Source: Octopus vulgaris (lineage: Eukaryota). Taken from it: 64,000 nt of DNA. The notes beneath the pieces were generated by a model, which did no database searches, had not been told where the DNA came from, and saw nothing but the letters and a program-made list of their open reading frames with translations. Shown piece by piece: positions 1-14,830 of this stretch (position 1 is the first letter of the stretch; every line of letters begins with the position of its first letter). Made by a program: the position numbers and the translations under genes. Location of the stretch: contig OX597828.1 of the NCBI GenBank assembly GCA_951406725.2, positions 20,522,001 to 20,586,000 of the forward strand, written 5' to 3'.

Positions 1-154
1 TTAATATGTCATAAAACATACTTTCTATACTTCTGACAAGTGTTGAATATTTCGAATCAATCATAATTTATATTTGTACACACACGCACACATACATAGA
101 CACACACACAGACACAGATGTATATATATAGAGAGAGAGAGAGTGAGAGAGAGC

Positions 155-194
<40 letters not shown>

Positions 195-273
195 GAGAGG
201 TGAGATTTAGATATATTCTATGAAATTTTGTCCGTCAATTTTGTAGTTGTTATTGTTGTTGCAGTTACTGTTG

Positions 274-346
<73 letters not shown>

Positions 347-351
347 CACTA

Positions 352-383
<32 letters not shown>

Positions 384-599
384 ACTTTGGTTCTCTTATT
401 AAGTAACTATCTGATCCCCATTACGTTTTCTTTGGGTTTTACGTGACATTGCTGAATTGGCAGGACTTCCGGTGATACGGGTATACGAAGAAAAAAATTA
501 GTGTTCTTTTCTGTTATTCATGTTCCTTCGTTTTCTTTCATTTAAACATTTCTTTTCATATTCCCCATATTCTTCATTACTTTCGTTGCCGTCGACGCC

Positions 600-1052
<453 letters not shown>

Positions 1053-1149
1053 ACGATTTTGCTGTTTTTATTTTCATCGCTTTATTCCTGAGAGTGCATT
1101 CATCACAGGTTGATCAGCTTACAAAGACGTATTATGAACACTGTGACAA

Positions 1150-1172
1150 TTATTATTATTGTTATTATTATT

Positions 1173-1207
<35 letters not shown>

Positions 1208-1700
1208 TATTATTATTATTATTATTATTACTATTATCATCATCATCATCATTATCATCATCATCATTATGGTCACCATCAACGTCATCATTATCCTCAT
1301 CTTCATCATCATCACCATCATCATTATCATAATGATCGCCAACAGCGTCATCGTCATCATCATCTTCATCATCATTATAATTATTATTATTGTTGTTGTT
1401 GTTGTTGTTTTGTTGTCGTTCTCCTTCTTCTTCTTCTTCCTCTTCTTTTTCTTCTTATTATTGCTGTTGTTATTCATGTTCATGTTGCTATTGTTGTTAT
1501 TTAATTCACTTAAATTCTCTTGTTAATATATCACTTGCTGATCGCCATATTACCATATTTTTGCATCATCAACCTACTCATCATCTTCGTCATCATCATC
1601 CTAATCATCATCATCATCATCATCGTCGTCGTCATAGTCGTCATCATCATTATTGTTTGTTGTTGTTGTTGTTGCTGATGGTGTCGTTGTTGTTGTTGTC
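1150..1700. repeat. compound trinucleotide microsatellite (ATT/ATC/GTT/CTT)
   Basis: Alternating trinucleotide tracts seen directly. Confidence 0.9.
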
Positions 1701-2049
1701 GTTGTTACGTTTATTATCAGCCTACTTTCAAAAGTTTATATGGGTTTCCATTATCAAGTTGTTGTTATTGTTGTACTACATTAGAATATTAAATGTTTGT
1801 GTATGTGTGTGCGCGCGTACGTGTATCTATTTATGTGAAGCTGAGTGGCGAGTGCATATATATTTTTGTGCGTCTGTGAGTGTGTATAATATTACATGAC
1901 GCGTTAAAATACAGTGGCTGCGTAGTTGAAGATATAATACATTACCTACACAAAAATACGAATATTTATAAATATTATAATACGACGAATATTTATAGCC
2001 ACAATAATAGGAAACGAAATATAACAGTATCAATTTTCTATATTGTTTA

Positions 2050-2535
2050 AATGTTTGTTCCATTCTTGTCAAGATTTTCCTAAACTTCATAAATAAACAT
2101 TTCCCCATTGACCACTGATATCATAAGACCTTTAATTGAAATAGAGCTATGTAACTCTATAGTTTCATCCAAACTTCGCAACTTTCACAACTAGTATATA
2201 CAGAAAAACTCCTCTCCCAAATGTAATTGCGACTTCCTTAATGTCTGTCATTTCAACGGTAAAAATATTTCTGTAATATTCATTTATCAAGTTAAGCTGA
2301 CAGAGATACAAAACGTTTTATACGGCGTCAAAAAAGATTCCCAAAACATATAACATTCAGATGCTAAAAAAGACACCTTATTATTCCAATATCCACATAT
2401 ATCTGGAACCTAAAATTTCCCTACATTAATGGTACCAGAAGTTATGATCTCTGCTTGCCGAATAAATATAACATTTTCGGATTTTTAGCACTTCTTAACC
2501 AAAGTTCGGAACTGATGAATTTCCGCGCACTCTTC
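2050..2535 (+). mobile_element. degenerate Penelope-like element: RT C-terminal linker and GIY-YIG endonuclease remnant
   Basis: Frameshifted translation: IFLNFINKHFPIDH*YHKTFN, KCNCDFLNVCHFNGKNISVIFIYQV, YIWNLK, YDLCLPNKYNI..LLNQSSELM. These parallel the PLE at 24950-25880 (FLKLVSKHF..KFYRIFN, CNCKDQSCCPLEGKC, CNLCFSEK). Confidence 0.7.
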
Positions 2536-3257
2536 ATTGTTACTTATCGAGAATTTCATATCTGTCAGGTGGATGAAATATTTAATTTTCTACGTACCAT
2601 ATTTGAGGGATTCGAAAGCACACCTTTTCGGAAATAAATGTTCCAAACAGTCAGCTTAGGTCTTACATTTCGTTCCTTCGCAAATGATTGTTCAAGTGCC
2701 CAGTAAAATCAGTTTCAACCATCTATACAAAGCTGCTTTCCAGAGTTATTAGTATTTTTTAAGGCAACAATGAATATCCATTGTGCTTACTTTATATAAA
2801 GTAAAACTAGTCAGGAGGAAAATTAAATAACAACGCTTCACAAAACATGTAAGCAAAGTAGTGGCTTTTAAAATATCAATTCCAAATTTTTCAGAAATCC
2901 AAACAATCAGTTGTCTTCATGACTAAGCAACAGCCGATTTACTTTTGTTTATTCCACTTCAAGTATTCCATATAATAACAACGAAAATTTATCAGTTAGC
3001 AAAATACAAACAATGGAAAAAGTCAGGACAGACTGAACGAAATTCTGGTATTCATATGATAAATTTAATCACGGTCACTTTGTACGCTATAATATTAGCT
3101 AATAACATTTTAATGCTATTTGTGAAGTCACGTGGGATAGTGATTAATGTGGTCCGCTCTCGATCATAAAATCGTGCATTCGATTCCCGGGTTGGGCAGC
3201 GCATTTTATCCATTCGCAAGAGACTTGATTTCATATTGCTCCACTGTGCACCACAGT

Positions 3258-3555
3258 GGAGGTGCATGGCCTAGTGGTTAGAGCAGCGGATTCGTGGTCG
3301 ATGGATTGCGGGTTCGAATCTCAGACCGGGCGATGTGTGTGTTTATGAGCGAAACACCTAAGCTCCGCGCGGCTCCTGCAGAAGTTAATGGCGAACTTCT
3401 GCTGACTCTTTCGCCACAACTTTCTCTCACTCTTTCCTACTGCATCTTGCAGCTCACCTACTACGGACCGGCGTCCCGTCCTGGTGGGGAACCTATACGC
3501 CAAGGAAACCAGGAAACCGGCCCTTATGAGCCAGGCATGGCTTGAGAAGGAACAA
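3258..3555 (+). mobile_element. tRNA-derived SINE (family D), full length with 12-bp target-site duplication
   Basis: A box TGGCCTAGTGG, B box GGTTCGAATCT, tail ending AACAA. ACTGTGCACCAC occurs at 3243-3254 and 3556-3567. Inserted into an older degenerate SINE starting near 3130. Confidence 0.85.
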
Positions 3556-3904
3556 ACTGTGCACCACTAAAGGTGAATGTCATCCTAATACTGGTGCGAT
3601 CCTCTGCAACTGTTACATATTCGGTGTTCCGCTGCGTCAAGAGTGGGAAGGCAGTGAGAAGCGATTACATAGGTGCCTGAAACAATTAGTGAATGCATAG
3701 AACATGCTATCAAATTCTACTCACTTGCGAGTGACGTCTGAGGTAATATTTTATATGCTGATATTTTAAAAGGCTTTATATAAGCATGACTGTGTAGTGA
3801 GAAGTTTACTCTCGACCAGCTGGTTCAAAGTCTTCTACTGTAGTACCGACACAACCAATATTTAGTGAGTAGATTTGGTAGACGAAAACTGAAAGAAGCC
3901 CGTC

Positions 3905-3984
<80 letters not shown>

Positions 3985-4229
3985 ATGTGTGTGGGGGGTG
4001 TAAATTTCCCCTTATTGGAGTATTTATTTTGTCCTAAGCTTACAGTAACTATGTGTATAATTCCTTCAGTGTTCGACTTTGTTACAACCAGCAATCGCCC
4101 TGCGAAAGTAGCATCAAATTTTCAGGTCATTCAACTTTTCTCAACTGATCAATAGACCAATTGAGAAACCAATCAGTGACGAACCTATAATGACTACTGG
4201 AAACAGCTGTAAGCCAAATTTACACCAAT

Positions 4230-4600
4230 GTCGAAAAAATGTGTAAAGACCATTATTTATACCCTGTCGGAGTTCTCCTTCAAACAGGGTCAACTTTTTA
4301 CAGTGAAATAAAACATCAGAAAACCTAACATATGTGCTAACTTGCTCAGGGTGTCGAGAGCAATACATAGGCCAAACCAAAAACAGTCTACACCAGAGGA
4401 TGACCCTACATAGATCCCAGATTAAAATTCGAGAATCCAGAAAAATAGCATTAAGAGAACACATCGACATTTGCACCACTAACGAACAACCCAACTTCAG
4501 AAATTTTCCCCTCTATGAATTCATGGACAATGCAACCTATAGTCAGCGCATTAGCAAAGAATCATATTTTATCGCAAAATATAAACCCCTTTTGAATGCT
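4230..4600 (+). mobile_element. Penelope-like element GIY-YIG endonuclease fragment
   Basis: ORF 4334-4747 and its upstream frame: NLTYVLTCSGCREQYIGQTKNSLHQRMTLHRSQIK...EHIDIC...KESYFIAKYKPLLN, matching PLE GIY-YIG motifs (C-x2-C, YIGQT, R..H, E, P.LN). Confidence 0.85.
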
Positions 4601-5229
4601 TTCCACCACAGATGGTACTACTATAAGGATCTTTGGATAAAACCCACGCAAATATTAAAAACGATATATTCAGAACAGTCAGTGCCAAGGAATTTATTCA
4701 GAACAATACCAAGAACTACTGCTACAACTACAACTGGTCACTTTTAGGTCACTTGACCATCTACTACTGTCATACCACTCCTGTCTTTTTTCTTCTTGTT
4801 TCTCTTTTCCTCCTCCTTCTTCTTATTCTTTTTCGCCGTATCCTTCCTCGGCTGCTGCTGCTGCTCCATCAATCAAAATGCAGAATCCCATATTAACTTT
4901 TTCTTCACGTCTACTACTACCTACTGAGCCTTCACAAAAGTAAGAGAGACAGACAGGCAGAAAAAAAAGATAATGCCCTACCTATTTCAAGACTACGGAA
5001 ATGCTTTTTTAAAAAGACATTTCACTAAAATTTTTCCATGATTTAATTGTTTTTCTTACTTTATTCTAAGTTGAAAAGTTGAAAAGTTGAAACCGGTACT
5101 AAAATGTTCTCCTGGATCAAATTATTTTAGTATTTTCTATTTTGTCTTATTTTCCTTATATATATACGTGTGTGTGTGCGCGCGCGTGTGTGTGTGTGCG
5201 CGCGTGTGTTTGTGTGTGCGCGTGTGTAT

Positions 5230-6275
<1,046 letters not shown>

Positions 6276-6837
6276 TACTTCAGAACTTAGTTAACAATAG
6301 CAGTTTTCTGCTATCAGTTTTAAGTCTTTGTTAACAGTTGTCGTAGTACTTGCTCTCCTGTGTTTTATACACATGACGCTGAAGATATGAAAACATCACG
6401 GGTTTTCGCGCATGAATAACTGTAAAATTACATGTCCAAAGCACAATAATTGAACAAATGAATGCTTGGACTCATTTTCTAACTGTTTTTTGTAAACCAT
6501 TTCTACCTTATTCATCTATAGTCTGCGTATGAACTAATCACGCTTCAACGTGTTGTTGAATATTTTTATACATACAGACTAGTAAAAATAAATGTCAAAA
6601 TCTCTCAGAGAGATTTATGCAGTAGCAGCACGATAGAGTGATAATATGTTGTCAACTTAATGTTACAGTCCCGTGAAAGGGAAGAGTGCTACTGTTATTT
6701 AGCCCTGGGAAACACCGTTTCCAGTTGGACTTGAAAGAGAAACATACATTAACATGCAATAAAATAAGCCCAAGAAGTGCCTACAGATGTTTCAATCTAG
6801 TCTCTGTGTAAACAGTGCTTCGGAATATTTACGTAGT

Positions 6838-6990
6838 GACCAGCGTGGCTGTGGTAACAAGATTGCTTCATAACCACATGGCACCGGGTTCAGTCCCACT
6901 GCGTTGCACTTTGAGGAAATGTCTTCTACTATAAATTCGGGCTGACCAAATCTGAAAGAAGAAACTGAAAGAAGCCAGTCACATATATAC
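6838..6990 (+). mobile_element. SINE family A 5' half (split by RTE insertion)
   Basis: Head GTGGCTGTGGTAACAAG...GGGTTCAGTCCCACTG...GAAACTGAAAGAAGCC; the 3' half resumes at 9280. Confidence 0.8.
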
Positions 6991-7019
6991 ATACATACAT
7001 ACATACATACATACATACA

Positions 7020-7050
<31 letters not shown>

Positions 7051-8219
7051 CACCTTGACCACCTTGACCGACCAGTCCGTCAGGCGTCCATTTGACACCG
7101 CTGGTCACAGCACGCTGTCCACTCCTCTCTGGATCGCGCCTTTCTCATCCACGTGATACCAATCGTCCTCCTGAAATCGTAACTCCACCGTCGTGGAGGT
7201 CTTCCGGGTGGTCTTTTCCGCTCGCGCGGTACCACTCGACAACTGCGTGCGTCCACCGATTATCGGTGAGCCGGGCGACGTGCCCAGCCCATCTATACTT
7301 GCTGCGTGTATACTCTGCGATGACATCTCTCACGCCAGACTTCTTTCTGATGATCTCGCTACTTATGTGCTCTCTCAACGAGATACCAAGCATTGACCTT
7401 TCCATGGCTCTTTGAGCTGTTACCAGTCTTTGCTCTTCTCTCTTTGTGGTAGCCCATGTTTCACTACCATATAACATTGCAGGCAGAACTGCACTGTTAA
7501 TGAGGTTGGCGCGGGTGGTCCTGTCCAATCTTCCCTTGAGCACATCCCTTATGTCATTGAACGCCTTCCATCCGGCCCTTACTCTCCGTGAGATCTCCTT
7601 TTCGATATCTCGGCACATATTTACTTCCTGTCCCAGGTAGACATATTCCCTTACCTCCTCTATTTCATCACTGCCGATCACCATTCGACCTGTTGGTACG
7701 TTGTCTGACCGCATGAACTTTGTTTTCATGCGGTTCATCTTGAGACCTACTGCAGAGCTTTTGATGTCGAGCTCCGTCAGTATGGTCTGAAGCTGATCCA
7801 TATTTTCAGCGATGAGTACGATGTCGTCAGTGAAACGGAGTTGGGTGAGGAGCTCGTTATTGATGTTGACACCACCTTGCCAGTCGATGCCTCTGATGAT
7901 CTGTTCGAGACATGCAGTGAAAAGTTTTGGGGAGATTGTATCTCCTTGCTTCACTCCCTTCTCGACCGGCACTCGTATGGGTGATGACAGTAGAGCTATG
8001 TCGGTGGTGCATCCGGAATTTGCCTCTCTGAGCAGCTGCACATATTGCGCTTCGGCTCCTTGCCTCTGCAGCGAGTTCAGCACTGCGTTGGTTTCGACGC
8101 TATCGAAGGCCTTCTCATAGTCTATAAACGCAACGCAAAGAAGCAGCTTGTACTCATTTTCTCGCTCAAGCAGTTGCGTTAGAGTAAATATATGGTCTAT
8201 CGTGCTGTAGTTCTTCCGG
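7051..8219 (-). mobile_element. RTE-clade LINE, 3' portion (reverse transcriptase and 3' tail)
   Basis: RKNYSTIDHIFTLTQLLER..FIDYEKAFDSVE, GVKQGDTISPKLF, LRFTDDIVL, YVYLG, MLYGSETW, RWAGHVAR. Tail of short repeats GGTCAAGGTGGTCAAGGTG. Confidence 0.95.
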
Positions 8220-9214
8220 TCTGCCCGCCCAGCCAGTGGGATGGCGTCATCTTATGGCTAAAACAGTACGAAGAACGAAGAACGAAGAGAAAAGGAAAAG
8301 GGCCTCAGTACCCTGCACGTCAATCGGGCCACTCCATGACGGCGGAGTGCAACTCGAGCGACGAGAGGCTGCTAAGAATCACAGGTTCCCGAGGGCCGTC
8401 ATGGAACAGGACTAAACTTGCCATATGCACCTACAACTGCAGGTCCATGGCAGGGTGGCAAGAACTGAACCATCTAATGGAGGAGAGGAAGAAGATCAGG
8501 TGCGACGTGTTAGGGCTGTGCGAGACACGCTTGAAGAAGGAAGCGAGAATACGATGGCAAGATGGATGCACTGTGAGATTAGGGAGAGCAGAAGGTGCTA
8601 GATCGGTCGGAGGTATCGGATTCATCGTAAGTAAGGAATGGGCTTCGAGGGTCGCTTCTTGCCACTTCATATCATCACGGATTGGTGTACTAAATATGAA
8701 CCTCTCAGGGAAGGCCACCAGCAAGATTGTCCAGACCTATGCTCCCACAAGTGCCAGCGACGACGACGAGGTGGAAGAATTCTATCGACAACTAGACAAA
8801 GGGCTGGCTATGAAGTCCACTTACTCTGTCCACTTACTTCAACGCAAAGGTTAGACATGGACGACAAGGAGAGGAGTACGTCGGGAGATTTGGCATGGGA
8901 GAGAGAAACGAGAGAGGAGAACGTTTGGCTACCATGGCAGAGGCGAGGCGGCTCTACATCGGAAACAGCCTATTCAGGAAGAGGGAGGGGAAGAGATGGA
9001 CCTGGATATCGCCGAACTCTAAGCACCGAAGCGAGATCGACTACATCCTGGATGATAAGCGACGCATATTACTTGACGTCTCCGTCGTGACGCCATTCAA
9101 CACCGGCAGCGATCATCGTCTGGTAAGGGCGAGGGTCATCATCGACGGGAAGAGGGAGAAGATGGCGCTGTATTTGGCGTCGAGGAGAAAACGTGAACAG
9201 GCTTTCGGAAGAAC
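8220..9214 (+). mobile_element. RTE-clade LINE, inverted 5' portion (5' UTR and APE endonuclease)
   Basis: ICTYNCRS, DVLGLCETR, GGIGFIVS, QTYAPTS..DDEVEEFY, GERNERGERL, WTWISPN..EIDYIL, SDHRLV: apurinic endonuclease motifs. Confidence 0.93.
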
Positions 9215-9279
9215 AACCATATATATATATATATATTTATAGATATTTATGTACGTATATATATATATATATATATATA

Positions 9280-9492
9280 TAATTGTGTGTCTGTTTTTAT
9301 CCCCCAACATCGCAGTTAAGATCAGTGATGGTGTATTTACGCCCTCGTAATTTAGCTTTCGGCGGAAAAGGCCGATAGAATAAGTACTAGACTTACAAAA
9401 AATAAGTCCTAGGGTCGATTTGTTCGACTAAAAAGGCAGTGCTCCAGCATGGCCGCAGTCAAATGACTGAAGCAAGTAGAAAATGAAAGAAT
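9280..9492 (+). mobile_element. SINE family A 3' half
   Basis: GATAGAATAAGTACTAG..GGGTCGATTTG..GCTCCAGCATGGCCGCAGTCAAATGACTGA. Confidence 0.8.
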
Positions 9493-9545
9493 ATGCCTTC
9501 TCATAAATATATTTTAGTTGATTGAGGAAGTATACAATGTACGTC

Positions 9546-9590
9546 TTCTCTGAGGAGCGATCAACAGACCATGAAACGGCCGTCAGTGAA
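9546..9590 (+). ncRNA. minimal type I hammerhead ribozyme motif (decayed stems)
   Basis: CTGAGGA(9550-9556)-GCGATC AACA GACCAT-GAAA(9573-9576)-CGGCCG (palindromic stem III)-TC, giving a GUC cleavage triplet. Confidence 0.6.
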
Positions 9591-10278
9591 CTTACTACGT
9601 CTTTTTCCGAAAGCATGCAAGGGGAATATATTTTTACGTTCGTAATTTTCTCTGCTAGCTACACTTTCATATTATATATATGTGTGTGCCCATATGTGTA
9701 CGCGTGCGCATGCACTTCTGAATGTATTTGCGTATGAACACATAAAGACACACACATATTCACGCACGAACACTACATACTCACACACACGCACTCATAT
9801 ATTTATGTACGTATGTATGTTTGTATGTATGTTACAGAAATGTTTTCGGATTGAATAATCAAGAAGACCAAATTCCAAAGGGAACCCATAACTATTTATA
9901 TGGATATCCTAAGAACGAATAATTATATTTAACAGATTTATTTGATTTATTAAAGAGACAAAACTGTCACAAAATTCAATGGGTTGTCTGGAATAGTATT
10001 TAATATCTCTAGACACAGAAAAAATTATCGCAGAACATTTCTTAGTGTCTCAAATGTTCAAAATAAAAGTTGAAAGCATTATACTTAGAATTAAGAGATA
10101 CAGAAAGAAGAGATGTGTTCCACATGGAAAACAACCACGAAACAACACAGCATAGGTTGACACAGCATAGGTTGACACTAAATAAAGGCAGATAGGTAAA
10201 TAGAGAGCGAGAGATAGGTAAATAGAGAGATAGGTAAATAGAGAGCAGACAGACAGATAGGTAGCCCGACAGACAGAC

Positions 10279-10357
<79 letters not shown>

Positions 10358-10429
10358 AATACATATTCATTTCTTTCCCTAAAAAGCAAACTTAGAAGTT
10401 CTACAGGACATTCTATTCCAATTTCCTTC

Positions 10430-10725
10430 AACCATTTATTTATATCTTTGCTTACCAGTTCCCATTGAACCAGTTATTATGGGCACAACATTTACAATTT
10501 TCATATTCCAAATTCTCACAATTTCAAATATTAAGGGATGCTATTTTTTCCCCTGTCCTCTTTCTTTACGTTCCTGGAATCAAACGGACATGATCGATCA
10601 ATTACTGGGCAGCCTCGATTCGTTTTGTCTATTCTTGTCTGGCCTATAATTTTCTAGTTTCTTATCCGTTTGAATAGGAAATTCCCACAGAATCTTACAA
10701 TTTTCCGACTCCAGCCCTTTTTCGA
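10430..10725 (-). mobile_element. R4/Dong-like RLE retrotransposon fragment
   Basis: ENCKILWEFPIQTDKKLENYRPD: LW..IQTD..RPD restriction-like endonuclease motif. Confidence 0.75.
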
Positions 10726-10897
10726 CTCGATAAAGCAGTGAGCGGGCAGAATCGTTAACACGCCGAACAAAGTGCTTGGCGACTTTAGCTTTCATCATTT
10801 CGACGTCGATAAATTAAATACCAGTGATACACTGGGGTCGATGCAATCGACTCATACCTTCCCCCAAGATTGCTGCCCTTATGACAAAATTTGAAAC

Positions 10898-10967
<70 letters not shown>

Positions 10968-11521
10968 GGGTGAGAGAGCAGTGCATACCATCAAAGTAAT
11001 ACTGGGGTACAAATATACGAAGCCCAATACACACATCATGACTACCCATCTGATAAGGGTACACTAAGCACATGCATCACAACCACATGTACACGACAAT
11101 GCTGACCTCATATCAAGATAAGCACTCTACGACCTTGCAGGTGGAGCCCAGTTATAATTTTCTTCAGGTCGAGTAGCCCATCCCGTTCAAAAGGTCCCTG
11201 AATAAGGGTAGTTTAAGGATGTTGAACAAAACACCCATATTTCCAAACGGGAATTATCGAAACCCCAAAGAATTCCTCTCAACACATGCCTAAGTTACTC
11301 CCTCACTACTTCTGCTCGTGATCAGAAATGCACATATCGTCAGCCACTAAGGATATGCTCAACCAGTTAAGCTCAAGCAACTATCAAGCAAGTCTGTGGT
11401 ATTGAGCAGAATATTTGCTGTAGCCCATCTTTTGTACCAGACAAAACAATGTACATGATAACACTCCCAATCAGTTAAGGTCAGAAGCCATGAGACCCAC
11501 AGCCTAGTACTGCATCAGGGT

Positions 11522-11522
<1 letters not shown>
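10968..11522 (-). mobile_element. ~555-bp non-coding, TAA-flanked, non-autonomous element (probably mobilised by Dong/R4)
   Basis: Bounded by (TAA)n on both sides. Its 5' ~360 bp is shared with 16460-16822, and its 5' end with 29818-29853 and 30195-30325. Confidence 0.7.
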
Positions 11523-11891
<369 letters not shown>

Positions 11892-12610
11892 TGTTTGACT
11901 TTTGCTTTAAATTTGTACAAGTTGGCTCCAAGTCTCACCCAGAGACCTCAAGACACAACAATTTGGAGGTTTATGCTGGTGTTATGCCTAGTGTGCCATA
12001 TATTTGTTTTTTTTTTGTGTGTTGTCCCCAAAAAAAACGAAAATTATGTTTGTTTTAAACCCTGAGATTACATAGAAAGTATTTTGCGTAGGATATGAGC
12101 AGTTTCCATGGGCACTATCTTTTGAATTTCTGCCATTTGGGGTTTCCTGGTATCTGAGCTAGGTAGCTATCAGCCCCTTTTGCTATCATTCCCAGGGCAC
12201 CTATGACAACAGGTATTGTTTTAGTCTTCGGGTTCCACATTTTGCTAATTTATATTTCAAGATCTTTATATTTGTTCAGTTTTAGGTAGGTCACGACAGA
12301 TACGTTTATATCGATAGGGACAGTCATATCAATGAGGAGGCATTATTTTTGTCTGAAGTCTTTCAATATGATGTCTGACCTATTCGCATCTATCTTTCTA
12401 TCAGTTTGAATGGTGAAATTCCAGAGGAGTGAGATGTGATCATTTTCAAGCACTAGAGGTGACTTTTGTTCCCACCAGTTTTTATCATGGGACAAGTCCA
12501 GGCTTTTGCAAATTACCCAGTGAATATATTGTGCAGCTCTATCATGTCTGTTGAAATACTCTGTAGGCGAAAGAAGATTGCACTTGGAGACAACATGATC
12601 AATGGTTTCA
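11892..12610 (-). mobile_element. R4/Dong-like element 3' end (RLE domain and 3' UTR)
   Basis: DHISLLWNFTIQTDRKIDANRSDIILKD..LIDMTVP..KYKDLEI..MWNPKTKTIPVVIGALG; the 3' UTR runs into (TAA)n. A second copy of the 3' UTR lies at about 12650-12815. Confidence 0.88.
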
Positions 12611-12992
12611 TTTTATCATTATTATTATTATTATTATCATTATTATTCTATGTTTGATTCGTTTGCTTTATATTTGTACAAGTTGGCTCCAAGTCTCACC
12701 CAGAGACCTCAAGAGGCAACAGGCTGGAAGTTCGTATTGTTGTTATGCCTAGTGTGCCATATATTTGGTTTTGTATTTTGTGTTGTACTAGTGAATGCCG
12801 AAAACAAACGAAAGTTATTATTATTATTACTATTAATGTTATTATTATTATCATTATTATTATTATTATTATTGTTGTTGTTGTTGTTGTTGTTATTGTT
12901 ATTGTTATTATTATTGTTGTTGTTGTTGTTGCTATTGTTGTTATTACTATTATTATTGTTGTTGTTGTTATTATTATTAGTATTATTATTAC

Positions 12993-13035
<43 letters not shown>

Positions 13036-13921
13036 GGGCAGAAACAGTAGAGTGCTGCAACGTAACGTTTCAGTTAAGCCTACTCTTTACCATTTCACCT
13101 TCTAACTACAGTTCTCTCGAGTCCTTCTTTTTCATATTTATTTCTCTCCCCCGCCACCCGCTTTTCGATTCTAATAATACGTTCGATCGATAAGATCGCT
13201 TGCGGTGTTATTTAAAGAGCAACCAAGTTCGATTAAATCGAAATGCTGTACACGCTCAAACTCCGCCCTTTGTAAGTGGGTGTTCTCAGAAAATTAAAAG
13301 TAATTAAAAAAAAAAATGAAAATTTGAAAAACGTAAAGAAAACGTAAACAGCGGCAGATAAATGTGTCTTTTAAAAGTAATGTGTTGTAGTGATACGTTG
13401 TAACGCTTAATGGAAGTCGTGACCTGTCTGTCTGTTCTACCGTCTTCATTTCCATATGAAACCGTCATTAAAAAGTCACTCATCCCTGAACCATAACTCT
13501 TACATCTATAAATCCTAATTTTTAAGTGAGTTGCACATGTGTGGGTATGTGCATATGTGGTGAGTGTGTGTATGTATGTGAGCGTATTTATTATTTTTGT
13601 TCGTTTATGTAAAATCCTCATAGAAATATCTTTTACATCAAGGTTAAACTCTATGAATATGTTATTAAAAAGATATATTTATTTATCGATGATTTTATAT
13701 TATATCATATTATAATATATATATATTCATATATTTATATATATGTGTGTATGTGTGTGTGTTTATGTGTGTGTGTATGTGTGTGTGCATGCATGTACGT
13801 ATATTAATATATATATATTTATATATATATATTTATACATATATACATGCATATATATAAATGCATGAATATGCATATATACATACACACTGAGACATTC
13901 ACGCATAAATACACACATGCC

Positions 13922-13959
<38 letters not shown>

Positions 13960-14173
13960 CGGAAACCCGCATGCACACAGCAACATACAGTCGAAAAACT
14001 TAGAGAAACAATGTTTTATTTTACGCTCTCTATAAATCGATCTCTTTGATGTTATATAATATTTTATTGGCTGACATAATATGATTTTTAAAAGATATTT
14101 TTTAAAAAATTGTATGTTTATAGACGTCTTGGACTTGAGAAAATATTGACGAGTGAAAAAAGACGTTGACGAA

Positions 14174-14280
14174 GGAGGTGGAGAAGAAGAAGTAGAAGAA
14201 GAAGAAGAAGAAGAAGAAGAAGAAGAAGAAGAAGAAGAAGAAGAAAAAGAAAAATATGATTATGATGATGATGATGACGA

Positions 14281-14315
<35 letters not shown>

Positions 14316-14454
14316 ACGATGATGATGATGATGATGATGAGGATGTTGATGAAGAAGAAGAAGAAGAAGAAGAAGAAGAAGAAGAAGAAGAAGAAGAAGA
14401 AGAAGACGAAAAGAGATGAAGAAGAAGAACAAGAAGACGAAAAGAGAAGAAGAA

Positions 14455-14511
<57 letters not shown>

Positions 14512-14512
14512 A

Positions 14513-14543
<31 letters not shown>

Positions 14544-14799
14544 CGAAGAAGAAGAAGTAGAAGAAGAAGAAAAAAGAAAAAGAAGAAAAAGAAAATGATG
14601 ATTATGATGATGATGACAACGACGACGACGATGACGACGATGACGACGACGATGAAGAGGAGGATGATGATGATGATGATGGCGATGATGAGGATGTTGA
14701 AGACGAAGAAGAAGAAGTAGAAGAAGAAGAAAAAGAAGAAGACGAAAAGAGAAGAAGATGATGATGATGATGATGATGATGACGATGACGATGATGGTG

Positions 14800-14830
<31 letters not shown>

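Noticed and set aside
3258-3330. tRNA genes at SINE heads (also 34540 and 45570)
   Set aside because: No complete cloverleaf, and the sequence continues into SINE bodies.
14153-14598. Acidic poly-E/D ORFs resembling nucleolin or prothymosin
   Set aside because: Pure trinucleotide repeats with frame-breaking interruptions and no splice or domain context.
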